Shown here: positions 1 to 8,011 of the stretch, piece by piece
Position numbering within the stretch: position 1 is the stretch's first letter
How the letters are laid out: the number at the start of each line of letters is the position of its first letter
DNA from: an uncultured Chitinophagales bacterium
GTDB lineage: Bacteria > Bacteroidota > Bacteroidia > Chitinophagales > BACL12
Direction of reading: 5' to 3'
DNA length: 64,000 bases
Assembly: GCA_964492065.1 (NCBI GenBank)
Contig: CAZBHH010000003.1
Location: forward strand, 132,350-196,349
Notes under the pieces: generated by a model
Database searches by the model: none
What the model was told of the DNA's origin: nothing
What the model saw: the letters and a program-made list of their open reading frames with translations, nothing else
Translations under genes and position numbers: made by a program

Positions 1-148
1 GTACAATTGCCTCACTGATGAAATGCCCGCCTACGATGGCACGCATTACATAGACGGGCGAGGTGCCGATATCTCCGTAAATGATTCCAAGTGTGATTAA
101 AACGCCTGCAGCGGAGAGTTTGTGCAGTTTATTGGTTTCGGTGCTCAT
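1..148 (-). CDS. kup: Potassium uptake transporter of the Kup/HAK/KT family. Only the N-terminal 49 codons are present; the gene runs off the left edge.
   Basis: Hand translation of the reverse strand from the ATG at 146-148 gives MSTETNKLHKLSAAGVLITLGIIYGDIGTSPVYVMRAIVGGHFISEAIV. The GxxYGDIGTSP(L/V)Y block is the Kup N-terminal signature. It is absent from the ORF track because it is truncated. Confidence 0.75.
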   Translation of the reverse strand, partial: MSTETNKLHKLSAAGVLITLGIIYGDIGTSPVYVMRAIVGGHFISEAIV

Positions 149-161
149 TGTGATTACGCCA

Positions 162-169
162 CAAATATA
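162..169 (-). promoter_or_regulatory. Candidate Bacteroidota -7 promoter box (TATATTTG on the minus strand) for kup
   Basis: The plus strand reads caaatata, whose reverse complement TATATTTG matches the TAnnTTTG consensus. It lies 14 nt upstream of the kup ATG. Confidence 0.35.
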
Positions 170-233
170 TGCTTATATCCGGTGTGCGGTGCAACCGTAA
201 TTTTTACATCCGGCATCCGGGCTTGCAACAATA

Positions 234-794
234 TTATTCGGCAATAATTTCCTGGGCAGCCTGCGCCTTATAGCTTTCGAAATCCATCGATTGATACAAG
301 CCTTCAGCATAGTATTTCAGCATCAGCAGCATATCTTTCGGCGCTTTATAACCGGCCTGTACGCCTATTTTTTCGCCTTGTGCGGAAATAAAGGATATAG
401 TGGGATATCCCAGGCGGCCGCTGCGGGATGCATAGGCAATGGCAAACTCATTGGTGCCCCTGCTGCCCGAACTCTTGGTGACATAAGTTTTACCGTTGAA
501 GGTTAAAGATTCTTTTTGTTCGGCATTAAATTTTACGGCGTAAAAATTCTCATTGACGTATTTCACCACTTCGGGATCTGCATAGGTACTCGCATCCAGT
601 TTCTTACACCAGCCACACCAATCGGTGTAAAAATCAATCATAATCAGTTTATCCGCTTTCTTTGATTTTTCAACCGCCTCCTCTAATGTAATCCATTGTA
701 TTTCGGCAGCTTCCTTGTTGTCGGCGTTAAGGTTTGCCCGGTCTTCTGTCGGCATCAAACCGATCAGCATTGTCAAAAGCAGGGTTGCAATCAT
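234..794 (-). CDS. Thioredoxin-fold protein (thioredoxin_7/DUF255-like), secreted
   Basis: CxxC redox motif in DFYTDWCGWCKKLD, hydrophobic N-terminus, 186 aa. Confidence 0.8.
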   Translation of the reverse strand: MIATLLLTMLIGLMPTEDRANLNADNKEAAEIQWITLEEAVEKSKKADKLIMIDFYTDWCGWCKKLDASTYADPEVVKYVNENFYAVKFNAEQKESLTFNGKTYVTKSSGSRGTNEFAIAYASRSGRLGYPTISFISAQGEKIGVQAGYKAPKDMLLMLKYYAEGLYQSMDFESYKAQAAQEIIAE

Positions 795-801
795 TGAATA
801 T

Positions 802-1413
802 TTATTTGATGTTTGAAATATAACTTTGACTATAGGTTTCCCAGGGGGTGTTTTTATAATAATCCTGTCCGATATAGTCTAAAATCGGTTCGAGTTGCTG
901 TGCGGACAATGCCCCCGAAATGGGTTGTATCATATCCATATTTTCATCTAAAAAAACCATAGTGGGGTATGCAATACCTCTCTCCGTGGTGGCGATGTAC
1001 ATTGTAAATTCATGGGTGCTCATTCTCGGCGCCGCATTCGGTTTTTGATTCACAAAGATCTTGTCTTTAAAGTAAATCGTATCTGAGGATTCCGCATTAA
1101 ATTTTGTGGGAATAAAATACGCACTCAATAATTGCCGTATTCTCGGGTTGCTGAATGTATTTGCGTCCAGCCATTTACAGGGGCCGCACCAGGTGGTGTA
1201 CACGTCGATAAAGATTTTTTTATTGCTGCGTTTATTTTCTTCAATCGCCTCAGCTACAGTGTACCATTTAAAATCTTCTTCGGCTTCCGCTTTTGAGGGT
1301 GCCGGTGTTTCAATCGCCGATTCTTCGGCAGCAGCAGATTTATTGAGGATGACAAAAGAGGCGATAATGCCACTTACCACAATGAAACCGGAAATCAAAA
1401 GTGCTTTACGCAT
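802..1413 (-). CDS. Thioredoxin-fold protein, a paralogue of the downstream gene, membrane-anchored or secreted
   Basis: CxxC motif in DVYTTWCGPCKWLD. The N-terminal transmembrane/signal segment is MRKALLISGFIVVSGIIASFVIL. It shares the layout of 234-794 (FxWxTxxEA...K...I/FIDxYTxWCGxCKxLD). Confidence 0.8.
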   Translation of the reverse strand: MRKALLISGFIVVSGIIASFVILNKSAAAEESAIETPAPSKAEAEEDFKWYTVAEAIEENKRSNKKIFIDVYTTWCGPCKWLDANTFSNPRIRQLLSAYFIPTKFNAESSDTIYFKDKIFVNQKPNAAPRMSTHEFTMYIATTERGIAYPTMVFLDENMDMIQPISGALSAQQLEPILDYIGQDYYKNTPWETYSQSYISNIK

Positions 1414-1489
1414 ATACGTCGCTAAGGATTTTGTACTGAATTAGCAAAAATAATTCCATAATCATTAAATTGCAATCAATATTGAGATT

Positions 1490-2065
1490 ATGACCGATAA
1501 TAAACGCAGAATCGTAGTTTCTGTTTCAGGTGCCAGCGGCTCCATTTATGCTAAAGTATTACTGGATTCGCTGGTATCCATGTCAAACCGCATTGAGACC
1601 ACCGCTGTGGTGATGAGCGATAATGCCAGGGACGTTTGGCAACACGAGCTCGGCAACCGCGATTATGAAAAATACCCCTTGCCGGTTTACGGCGCCGCTG
1701 ATTTTATGGCGCCCTTTGCCTCGGGTTCAGCCCGATACGACACGATGATTATCTGCCCCTGTTCCATGGGAACACTCGGCCGCATAGCCTCGGGCATTTC
1801 CAATGATTTGACGACCCGTGCGGCAGATGTCATGCTGAAAGAGCGCCGCAAACTTATTTTGGTAATCCGGGAAACGCCGTATAACCTCGTGCATATCCGC
1901 AATATGGAAACGGTTACCTTGGCCGGTGGAATTATCTGCCCCGCCTCACCTTCGTATTATAGCCGGCCGGCAAATTTTGAAGAACTCACCGCCACGGTCA
2001 TCCACCGTGTGCTTGACCTGGCCGACCTGCCGGTTGCCGGCTACCGATGGGGTGAGAAAGCATAA
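1490..2065 (+). CDS. ubiX: Flavin prenyltransferase UbiX
   Basis: RIVVSVSGASGSIYA nucleotide-binding N-terminus, ICPCSMGTLGRIASGISNDLTTRAADVMLKERRKLILVIRETP, 191 aa. Confidence 0.85.
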   Translation: MTDNKRRIVVSVSGASGSIYAKVLLDSLVSMSNRIETTAVVMSDNARDVWQHELGNRDYEKYPLPVYGAADFMAPFASGSARYDTMIICPCSMGTLGRIASGISNDLTTRAADVMLKERRKLILVIRETPYNLVHIRNMETVTLAGGIICPASPSYYSRPANFEELTATVIHRVLDLADLPVAGYRWGEKA

Positions 2066-2491
2066 TTATTGGGTTTCAATTACATAGGTTCCCGCTATCC
2101 GGTCGTGCAATGCCCGTTTGCGGTCGTCCATTGCTACCATCAAAAACCCGATAAAGACAACTACGGCGGAAAGCATTTTTGACAGATTGCGCACAATGGA
2201 ATCGGACAGTGATATGCGATCGCCATTTAAGTTTACCACCCGCAGCCGCATGGCTAATTTCCCGACTGTCGCCTGGTATTTGCTGCTCTCCATAACAATG
2301 AAATACACCAACCCGAAGACACTGCCAAACCAGATGATATCATGTGATTTTGCAAATACCGGGAACCCAAACAGCAAGGCGAGAAAAGACCGGGCTATCC
2401 CGATGCATAACATATCAATAACAAAGGCGACTACCCGGGCGACAAACCCCGCATACCTGGCAGGTTCAGGTTTTGGATTTATTAATTGCAT
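2066..2491 (-). CDS. RDD family membrane protein
   Basis: ARYAGFVARVVAFVIDML followed by transmembrane segments and a terminal HDRIAGTYV motif typical of RDD. The start was moved to the ATG at 2489-2491 (MQLINPKP) because the longer ORF overlaps the divergent FKBP gene. Confidence 0.7.
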   Translation of the reverse strand: MQLINPKPEPARYAGFVARVVAFVIDMLCIGIARSFLALLFGFPVFAKSHDIIWFGSVFGLVYFIVMESSKYQATVGKLAMRLRVVNLNGDRISLSDSIVRNLSKMLSAVVVFIGFLMVAMDDRKRALHDRIAGTYVIETQ

Positions 2492-2543
2492 ACTGTTATT
2501 TCCCTGAATTTCCGTGTATCTTTGCGCCTCAAATTTAATAATA

Positions 2544-3227
2544 ATGAAAAAACTGTTTGTTGCCGCATTATCGGCATTAGCCTTGATGGCCTGTAAGAAT
2601 ACTACACCGGCGAAAACCACCCAACTCCTTACGGCTGAAGACTCACTGAGCTATGCCCTGGGAATCAATATCGGCGAAAGCCTGCAAAAGCAGGGTATTG
2701 AAAACCTGAATACCGATATCATTTCCAATGCTATTCACCAGGCTTTTGGCGATGACAGCACCGTTTTGATGGACAACGATGCGGCGGTGGCATTTTTGAA
2801 TACCTATTTCCAGAAAAAACAAATGGCGATGATGGAGAAAAAGCTTCAGGAGGGTAAGGATTTCCTGGCGGAAAACGCCAAACAACCGGGCATCCAGGTG
2901 ACGACTTCCGGGCTGCAATACCAGGTGGTGAAAGAAGGTACCGGCGCTACCCCCGCCAGCGGCGACTCCGTTACTGTCAACTATCGCGGTGCATTGACAG
3001 ACGGAACCGTGTTTGAAAGTACTTACGAAACCAACAGCCCGGTGACATTTAGTATCGAGGAAGTCATCCCCGGCTGGACGGAAGGGTTGAAACTGATGAA
3101 AGAAGGTGCATCCTACAAATTTTTCATACCCTCTGAACTCGGTTTTGGCGCCATGGGCGGCGGACCGGTTCCCGCAAACTCCGTTTTGATTTTCGATGTA
3201 GATCTCATCAAGGTTAGAAAAAAATAA
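2544..3227 (+). CDS. FKBP-type peptidyl-prolyl cis-trans isomerase (Mip/FklB-like lipoprotein)
   Basis: Lipoprotein signal MKKLFVAALSALALMAC. The C-terminal FKBP domain reads VTVNYRGALTDGTVFESTY...IPGWTEGLKLMKEGASYKFFIPSELGFG. ATG at 2544. Confidence 0.85.
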   Translation: MKKLFVAALSALALMACKNTTPAKTTQLLTAEDSLSYALGINIGESLQKQGIENLNTDIISNAIHQAFGDDSTVLMDNDAAVAFLNTYFQKKQMAMMEKKLQEGKDFLAENAKQPGIQVTTSGLQYQVVKEGTGATPASGDSVTVNYRGALTDGTVFESTYETNSPVTFSIEEVIPGWTEGLKLMKEGASYKFFIPSELGFGAMGGGPVPANSVLIFDVDLIKVRKK

Positions 3228-3244
3228 TTCTCTCTCCTGGCAGA

Positions 3245-3266
3245 TTCACATTAATTTTAATGTGAA
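3245..3266 (+). terminator. AT-rich hairpin downstream of the FKBP gene; possible weak terminator
   Basis: ttcacatta/attt/taatgtgaa forms a perfect 9-bp stem with a 4-nt loop. There is no strong T-tail. Confidence 0.3.
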
Positions 3267-3277
3267 ATAGCACAATC

Positions 3278-3772
3278 ATGCACAAGTGGACTGCCCTGGT
3301 AATTATGCTTTGTACTTCGGTGCTTGCAACAGCGCAAACAGCGGATTTCGATGTGTGCAATGACTTGAAAAAATCCGCTGCAATGGTGGTAACACCATCT
3401 GACTTTAAACAGGGCGAAGGCGTAATCGACGATCCGTTAATACACTACAACTGCAGACTCACCTTTCGGGGCGCCACACGTTCCGAAGCGCTGTATTGGG
3501 AAGGCGGTACCCTTTCCAATGTAATGCAATTCTTCGGCGAATCGCTTACGGAACAACAGGCATTGGAAGTTTACGATCTGCTGGCAACGCAGTTTCGCTC
3601 CTGTTATTCGGCAATACAGTCGGAGCCCGGCCCCCTGGGTTTGCGCAACGATCTGTCCTTCCGCATTCATCCAAATCTCATTGCCAGGCTGACCATGTAT
3701 TACGGCCAGCCTGCCGAAAACGGCGATAAGACCTATAAGGTGTTCTTCGATTTGTATTACGCAGCCGATTAA
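3278..3772 (+). CDS. Hypothetical secreted protein
   Basis: Signal peptide MHKWTALVIMLCTSVLATAQ. No recognisable family. Confidence 0.55.
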   Translation: MHKWTALVIMLCTSVLATAQTADFDVCNDLKKSAAMVVTPSDFKQGEGVIDDPLIHYNCRLTFRGATRSEALYWEGGTLSNVMQFFGESLTEQQALEVYDLLATQFRSCYSAIQSEPGPLGLRNDLSFRIHPNLIARLTMYYGQPAENGDKTYKVFFDLYYAAD

Positions 3773-3819
3773 CAGGTGATATGCTGCCTATTGCACAGTT
3801 TGCATGGAAATGTATTTAC

Positions 3820-3827
3820 TACCTTTG
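3820..3827 (+). promoter_or_regulatory. Candidate -7 box TACCTTTG, with TTG at 3799-3801 as a -33 element
   Basis: Matches TAnnTTTG 21 nt upstream of the ATG at 3848. A TTG lies 18 nt upstream of the box. Confidence 0.45.
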
Positions 3828-3847
3828 ACGATAAATAAAACAGCAAT

Positions 3848-5134
3848 ATGCGCAGGGTATTAATCGTATTAGTTTCCCAATTATCTGCAGTGATTGGATA
3901 TGCACAATCAATCGGTATCAGCGAGTTTATGTATCACGCCGATACCAGTGCACAGTCCAACGACTGGGTTGAATTATACAACTACGGCAATGCAGCCGTA
4001 AACATCTCCGGCTGGAAATTAAAGGATGAAAATATCGACAACACATTTACCATTCCCGGCGGTACGGTGATTGAACCCGGCGCATACCTGGTAATTGCGG
4101 AAAGCCTGGATACCTTCCAGATGATCTATCCCGACGTGACTAATGTAATCGGCAGTATGGATTTTGGTCTGAACAACAAAGCCGATGCAGTGCGCCTGTT
4201 AGACGCTTCCAACAACCCGATTGTCGAAATCAATTACTTTGATTCACTCCCCTGGCCGGGCGCTGCCGATGGCATGGGGCCTTCGCTGCAAATTGCGGAT
4301 TTTGATGCCGGTTCCGACGATCCCGCAAACTGGTTTGCCGGCTGTATCAAAGGAACTCCCGGAAGCGCATACGTTCCATGTGATTACCCGGTAATCGTCA
4401 GCGAAATAAATTACAACTCCCCCTCCTACTTCTTAGTCGGCGATTGGATTGAACTCTATAACCGCAGCGGCAATTCCGTTGACCTGTCCGGTTGGGAATT
4501 CCACGACCAAAAGCGCAATATTTTTATTTTTCCTTCGGGCACCATACTGAACGATGGTGAGCGACTGGTGGTTTCCGATTCATTAACTGCACTTACTTCC
4601 GGTTTCCCCGGGCTTGAGAACGTTATCGGCGAATTCACATTTTCGCTCTCCAATAGTGGCGATGCCGTTTTGCTGTACGATGACGGATTCGACTTGCAGT
4701 ATTCGGTGAGGTACAACGATAAATCCCCATGGCCTCTTGATGCCGATGGCGAAGGCTATACCCTGGAATTTATGGAAGAAAGCGACAATCCAAACCTGGC
4801 CGCAAACTGGCAGGCGGGTTGCCCGCTGGGTTCTCCCGGTATTCCGTTCACATATCCATGTCCGACTTTGGACGCCGAATCGCTGCCGCTTACAGCAATT
4901 GCCGTTTATCCCAATCCATTTACCGATTACCTGTCAATAGACCTCAGCAGTTACAGTCCGGGATATTTCACGCAATGTTACATTACCGATCTTACCGGCC
5001 GTACCGTTGCCACCATGGATATGAATTCTCCGTTGATCGTTTGGAAAAACACGCTGTCAAACGGGATGTACCTACTGCACATCGTCGGACGTGACGGCGC
5101 TGTCTTTACGGAAAAATTATCGGCGATTAATTGA
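3848..5134 (+). CDS. Secreted protein with two lamin-tail domains (LTD) and a T9SS C-terminal sorting domain
   Basis: The LTD pattern occurs twice: ISEFMY...DWVELYNYGNAAVNISGWKLKD and VSEINYNS...DWIELYNRSGNSVDLSGWEFHD. The C-terminus (VYPNPFTDYLSIDL...GMYLLHIVGRDG) is typical of a type A T9SS CTD. Confidence 0.8.
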   Translation: MRRVLIVLVSQLSAVIGYAQSIGISEFMYHADTSAQSNDWVELYNYGNAAVNISGWKLKDENIDNTFTIPGGTVIEPGAYLVIAESLDTFQMIYPDVTNVIGSMDFGLNNKADAVRLLDASNNPIVEINYFDSLPWPGAADGMGPSLQIADFDAGSDDPANWFAGCIKGTPGSAYVPCDYPVIVSEINYNSPSYFLVGDWIELYNRSGNSVDLSGWEFHDQKRNIFIFPSGTILNDGERLVVSDSLTALTSGFPGLENVIGEFTFSLSNSGDAVLLYDDGFDLQYSVRYNDKSPWPLDADGEGYTLEFMEESDNPNLAANWQAGCPLGSPGIPFTYPCPTLDAESLPLTAIAVYPNPFTDYLSIDLSSYSPGYFTQCYITDLTGRTVATMDMNSPLIVWKNTLSNGMYLLHIVGRDGAVFTEKLSAIN

Positions 5135-5606
5135 CGTACTGCCGGAGCCAACTGTTGGCAAACGCAGTTCTGAAATTGCGGTCGAATTCATCTTTGGTAA
5201 ATACCAGGCAGTTAAATATTTCAGTATCTTCCGTTAGGTGGCCGTCGTGCACGAGAGCGGCCACATCAGATATCGAACGAGTGACAATGCCCTCATCGGT
5301 TTTATACGAAAATAAAAACCTGTTAAACAAATCCACCTGTAATTCCCTGGCGAGTTGCTTCAAAAATATCATCGAATTATCAATGGAACAACCGCCGGCT
5401 CTCGTATGGGTTTCGTCCACCATCAGGATGATGAACCTGTCTTCCAATACTTGTGCAAATCCGTTTAATAATAAATCATGCGACGTCCAGTTATCTGCAA
5501 AGCGCTGTAATTCTCTGTTTAACCAGGTAATCTCTTCTTCGGTAAATGGTCTGTCACTCTGATAAATCCACACCCTGGACTGTGGGTCAAACTTTTCTAT
5601 ATTCAT
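5127..5606 (-). CDS. Conserved Bacteroidota hypothetical protein. This family is often mislabelled 'ABC transporter ATPase', but it has no Walker motifs.
   Basis: SRVWIYQSDRPFTEEE...WTSHD...GGCSIDNSMIFLKQL resembles the ~160-aa family I recall from Flavobacteriia. It sits 3 nt downstream of the Fe-S gene pair. Confidence 0.55.
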   Translation of the reverse strand: MNIEKFDPQSRVWIYQSDRPFTEEEITWLNRELQRFADNWTSHDLLLNGFAQVLEDRFIILMVDETHTRAGGCSIDNSMIFLKQLARELQVDLFNRFLFSYKTDEGIVTRSISDVAALVHDGHLTEDTEIFNCLVFTKDEFDRNFRTAFANSWLRQYVN

Positions 5607-5608
5607 CT

Positions 5609-6406
5609 TTATAATAAATTGTTTCCTTCCGCGATTAGTTCGGCAATATCAAAAACCTTAACGGTATCTTCCTTATTAAAATTTTTCACACCGTCGGTCA
5701 GCATGATATTGCAATAGGGGCAAGCCGAAGCAATAATATCTGCACGCACTTCAAGGGCCTGTTCAGTCCGTGCTATATTCACTTCTTTTTTACCCGGTTC
5801 CGACTCTTTGAACACCTGTGCGCCGCCTGCGCCGCAGCACAAGCCCCGCGATTTACAACTGCGCATTTCGACTAATTCTGAATCGAGTGTCTCCAACACC
5901 TTCCGCGGCGCATTGTAAATGCCATTCGCCCTTCCCAGGTAACAGGAGTCGTGATAGGTAATGCGCTTACCGGTAAACGCTCCACCCTGTACCTTTAATC
6001 TGCCTTCATCGATTAATTGCTGCAAAAATTCGGCGTGATGCATTACTTCGTAATGTCCGCCCAGGTCCGGGTATTCATTTTTGATAATATTAAAACAATG
6101 GGGGCAGGTTGTTACTATTTTCTTTATGCCATAACCGTTCAGCACGGCGATATTATTCTGAGCCAGCATTTGATACAGAAACTCATTGCCCGCTCTTCTC
6201 GCCGGATCGCCGGTGCAACCCTCTTCGGTGCCGAGCACTGCGAATCGCACGCCGATACTGTTTAATATTTTTACGAAAGCACCCGTTACCCGCTGGGCAC
6301 GCTGGTCAAAACTGCCGGCACATCCCACCCAAAACAATATTTCCGGAGATTCCCCCCTGGCAAACAAATCAGCCAGTACCGGCACATTATTCAATTCTTC
6401 CTTCAC
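5609..6406 (-). CDS. (Fe-S)-binding protein with two cysteine-rich CCG domains (HdrD/GlpC C-terminal type)
   Basis: WVGCAGSFD, TTCPHC and CCGAGG motifs are duplicated. The apparent start is a GTG at 6404-6406. Confidence 0.8.
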   Translation of the reverse strand: MKEELNNVPVLADLFARGESPEILFWVGCAGSFDQRAQRVTGAFVKILNSIGVRFAVLGTEEGCTGDPARRAGNEFLYQMLAQNNIAVLNGYGIKKIVTTCPHCFNIIKNEYPDLGGHYEVMHHAEFLQQLIDEGRLKVQGGAFTGKRITYHDSCYLGRANGIYNAPRKVLETLDSELVEMRSCKSRGLCCGAGGAQVFKESEPGKKEVNIARTEQALEVRADIIASACPYCNIMLTDGVKNFNKEDTVKVFDIAELIAEGNNLL

Positions 6407-6633
6407 TATGCAAATGTTTAGTAATTTAAATATAAAACTTTTACCCGGGTTTTAAGGTGTTGCAATTTCTGGTTTCGCATTTTAATAATTCATGAGTGTT
6501 ACGATTGCGTTCCCGATTGTTTTATTTACCCGCAAAGCGACTCCTCATTTTACAAAGGCTATTGCCGTTGATTACTGCTATACTTATTAATTCTTTATTA
6601 CGCATTTTAAATATTTTTTACACCGGCCGGAAT

Positions 6634-7950
6634 CTATTGCATTTCGTCTTTCCAGTTCAATCTGTCGGCAGGGTTAAACTGCCAGGGCGCCTGGTTATTT
6701 TCCATATTGCTGAACATCTGTGTCCAGGGTTCAGGCGCATCGCTCAATTCCATTATCGCATATCGGCGCAATTCAATAATAATGCTCATGGGATTAATAT
6801 TGACAGGGCACTCTTCCACACAGGCGTTGCAGGTGGTACACGCCCTGATTTCCTCGGCTGTAATATAATCGCCATACAGCGATTTGTTATCCGCAAAATC
6901 CATCCCGTGTTTATCGATATTCCGCCCTACTTCTTCTGCCCTGTCGCGGGTATCCATCATAATCTTTCTCGGCGATAATTTCTTTCCCGTCTGGTTAGCG
7001 GGACATACCGCGGTGCAACGCCCACATTCGGTACAACTGTACGCATCCAGTAAATGTTTCCAACTGAGGTCGCCGATATCTTTTGCGCCAAAAGTCTTTG
7101 GCGGGTTAATGATTTCAGGCACTGTTGCCGACGGGTCCAGCATCGTTTTCACTTCGTTGGCGACTACGGGCATATTTTCAATCTTCCCCCTGGAATCAAA
7201 GCGCATGTAATAACTGTTGGGGAATGCCAGTATGATGTGTAAATGCTTTGAATAGGGTATGTAATTCAGGAAAAACAAAATCCCGAGAATGTGGAGCCAC
7301 CACGCAATGCGCTCAATTAAAATCAGCGATGGTTCGGGCATCCCGCCAAACAATGCCGAAGTGTATTGAGAAATGAGTAATTTGCCCGTATCGGGATAAT
7401 GTGCCGCCCCCATACTTTGCAATTGATAATCGGCTGCATTCATGGTGAGTATTGCCGTTACCAGGATTAATTCAAATACCAAAATAAGATTTGCATCCTG
7501 AAATGGCCATCCCTTGAGTTCGGGTTGTGTAAAGCGCTTTACCTTAACGACATTCCTGCGCCATAAGAATACGAGCGTAGCTATAAAGGCGAGTGCGGAG
7601 AGCAGCTCGATAACGCTGATCATAAACGTATAAAAGCCGCCGAGATAGGGTGCAAAAAAGCGATGTGTTCCGCCGATGCCGTCCACGGCGATTTCCAACA
7701 CTTCTATATTCACGATGATAAAGCTGGAATAGATAAACAAATGCAGTACGGCGGGAATCATATTGCGGAACATCTTCTTTTGCCCCAGGGCAAACAACAA
7801 CATATTGCGCAACCGCCGTTTCGGGTTGTCGCTTAAATCCTCATCTCTTCCCAGTAAAATATTGCGCCGTATCGCTCTGAAGCGCCTGAATGCAATAAAT
7901 AACGAGGCGCCGAATGCCAGCAGAAAAATAATTTGCGGTAGTATATGCAT
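6634..7950 (-). CDS. Membrane-bound 4Fe-4S dicluster protein (HdrD/DsrK-type N-terminal half fused to a multi-transmembrane domain)
   Basis: About 6 predicted transmembrane helices are followed by the cluster motifs CTECGRCTAVCP and CTTCNACVEECP. Confidence 0.8.
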   Translation of the reverse strand: MHILPQIIFLLAFGASLFIAFRRFRAIRRNILLGRDEDLSDNPKRRLRNMLLFALGQKKMFRNMIPAVLHLFIYSSFIIVNIEVLEIAVDGIGGTHRFFAPYLGGFYTFMISVIELLSALAFIATLVFLWRRNVVKVKRFTQPELKGWPFQDANLILVFELILVTAILTMNAADYQLQSMGAAHYPDTGKLLISQYTSALFGGMPEPSLILIERIAWWLHILGILFFLNYIPYSKHLHIILAFPNSYYMRFDSRGKIENMPVVANEVKTMLDPSATVPEIINPPKTFGAKDIGDLSWKHLLDAYSCTECGRCTAVCPANQTGKKLSPRKIMMDTRDRAEEVGRNIDKHGMDFADNKSLYGDYITAEEIRACTTCNACVEECPVNINPMSIIIELRRYAIMELSDAPEPWTQMFSNMENNQAPWQFNPADRLNWKDEMQ

Positions 7951-8011
7951 AATGGTGCAACCTGAACAGTCGCTAATTTACACTTAATTTTAAGACTATA
8001 TATACAATGTT

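Noticed and set aside
6476-6611. The direct repeat cgcattttaa occurs twice (6476-6485 and 6602-6611) in the spacer between the two Fe-S genes
   Set aside because: It is only 10 nt long in a very AT-rich spacer, so chance recurrence is plausible. I keep it only as a note under the Fe-S locus finding.
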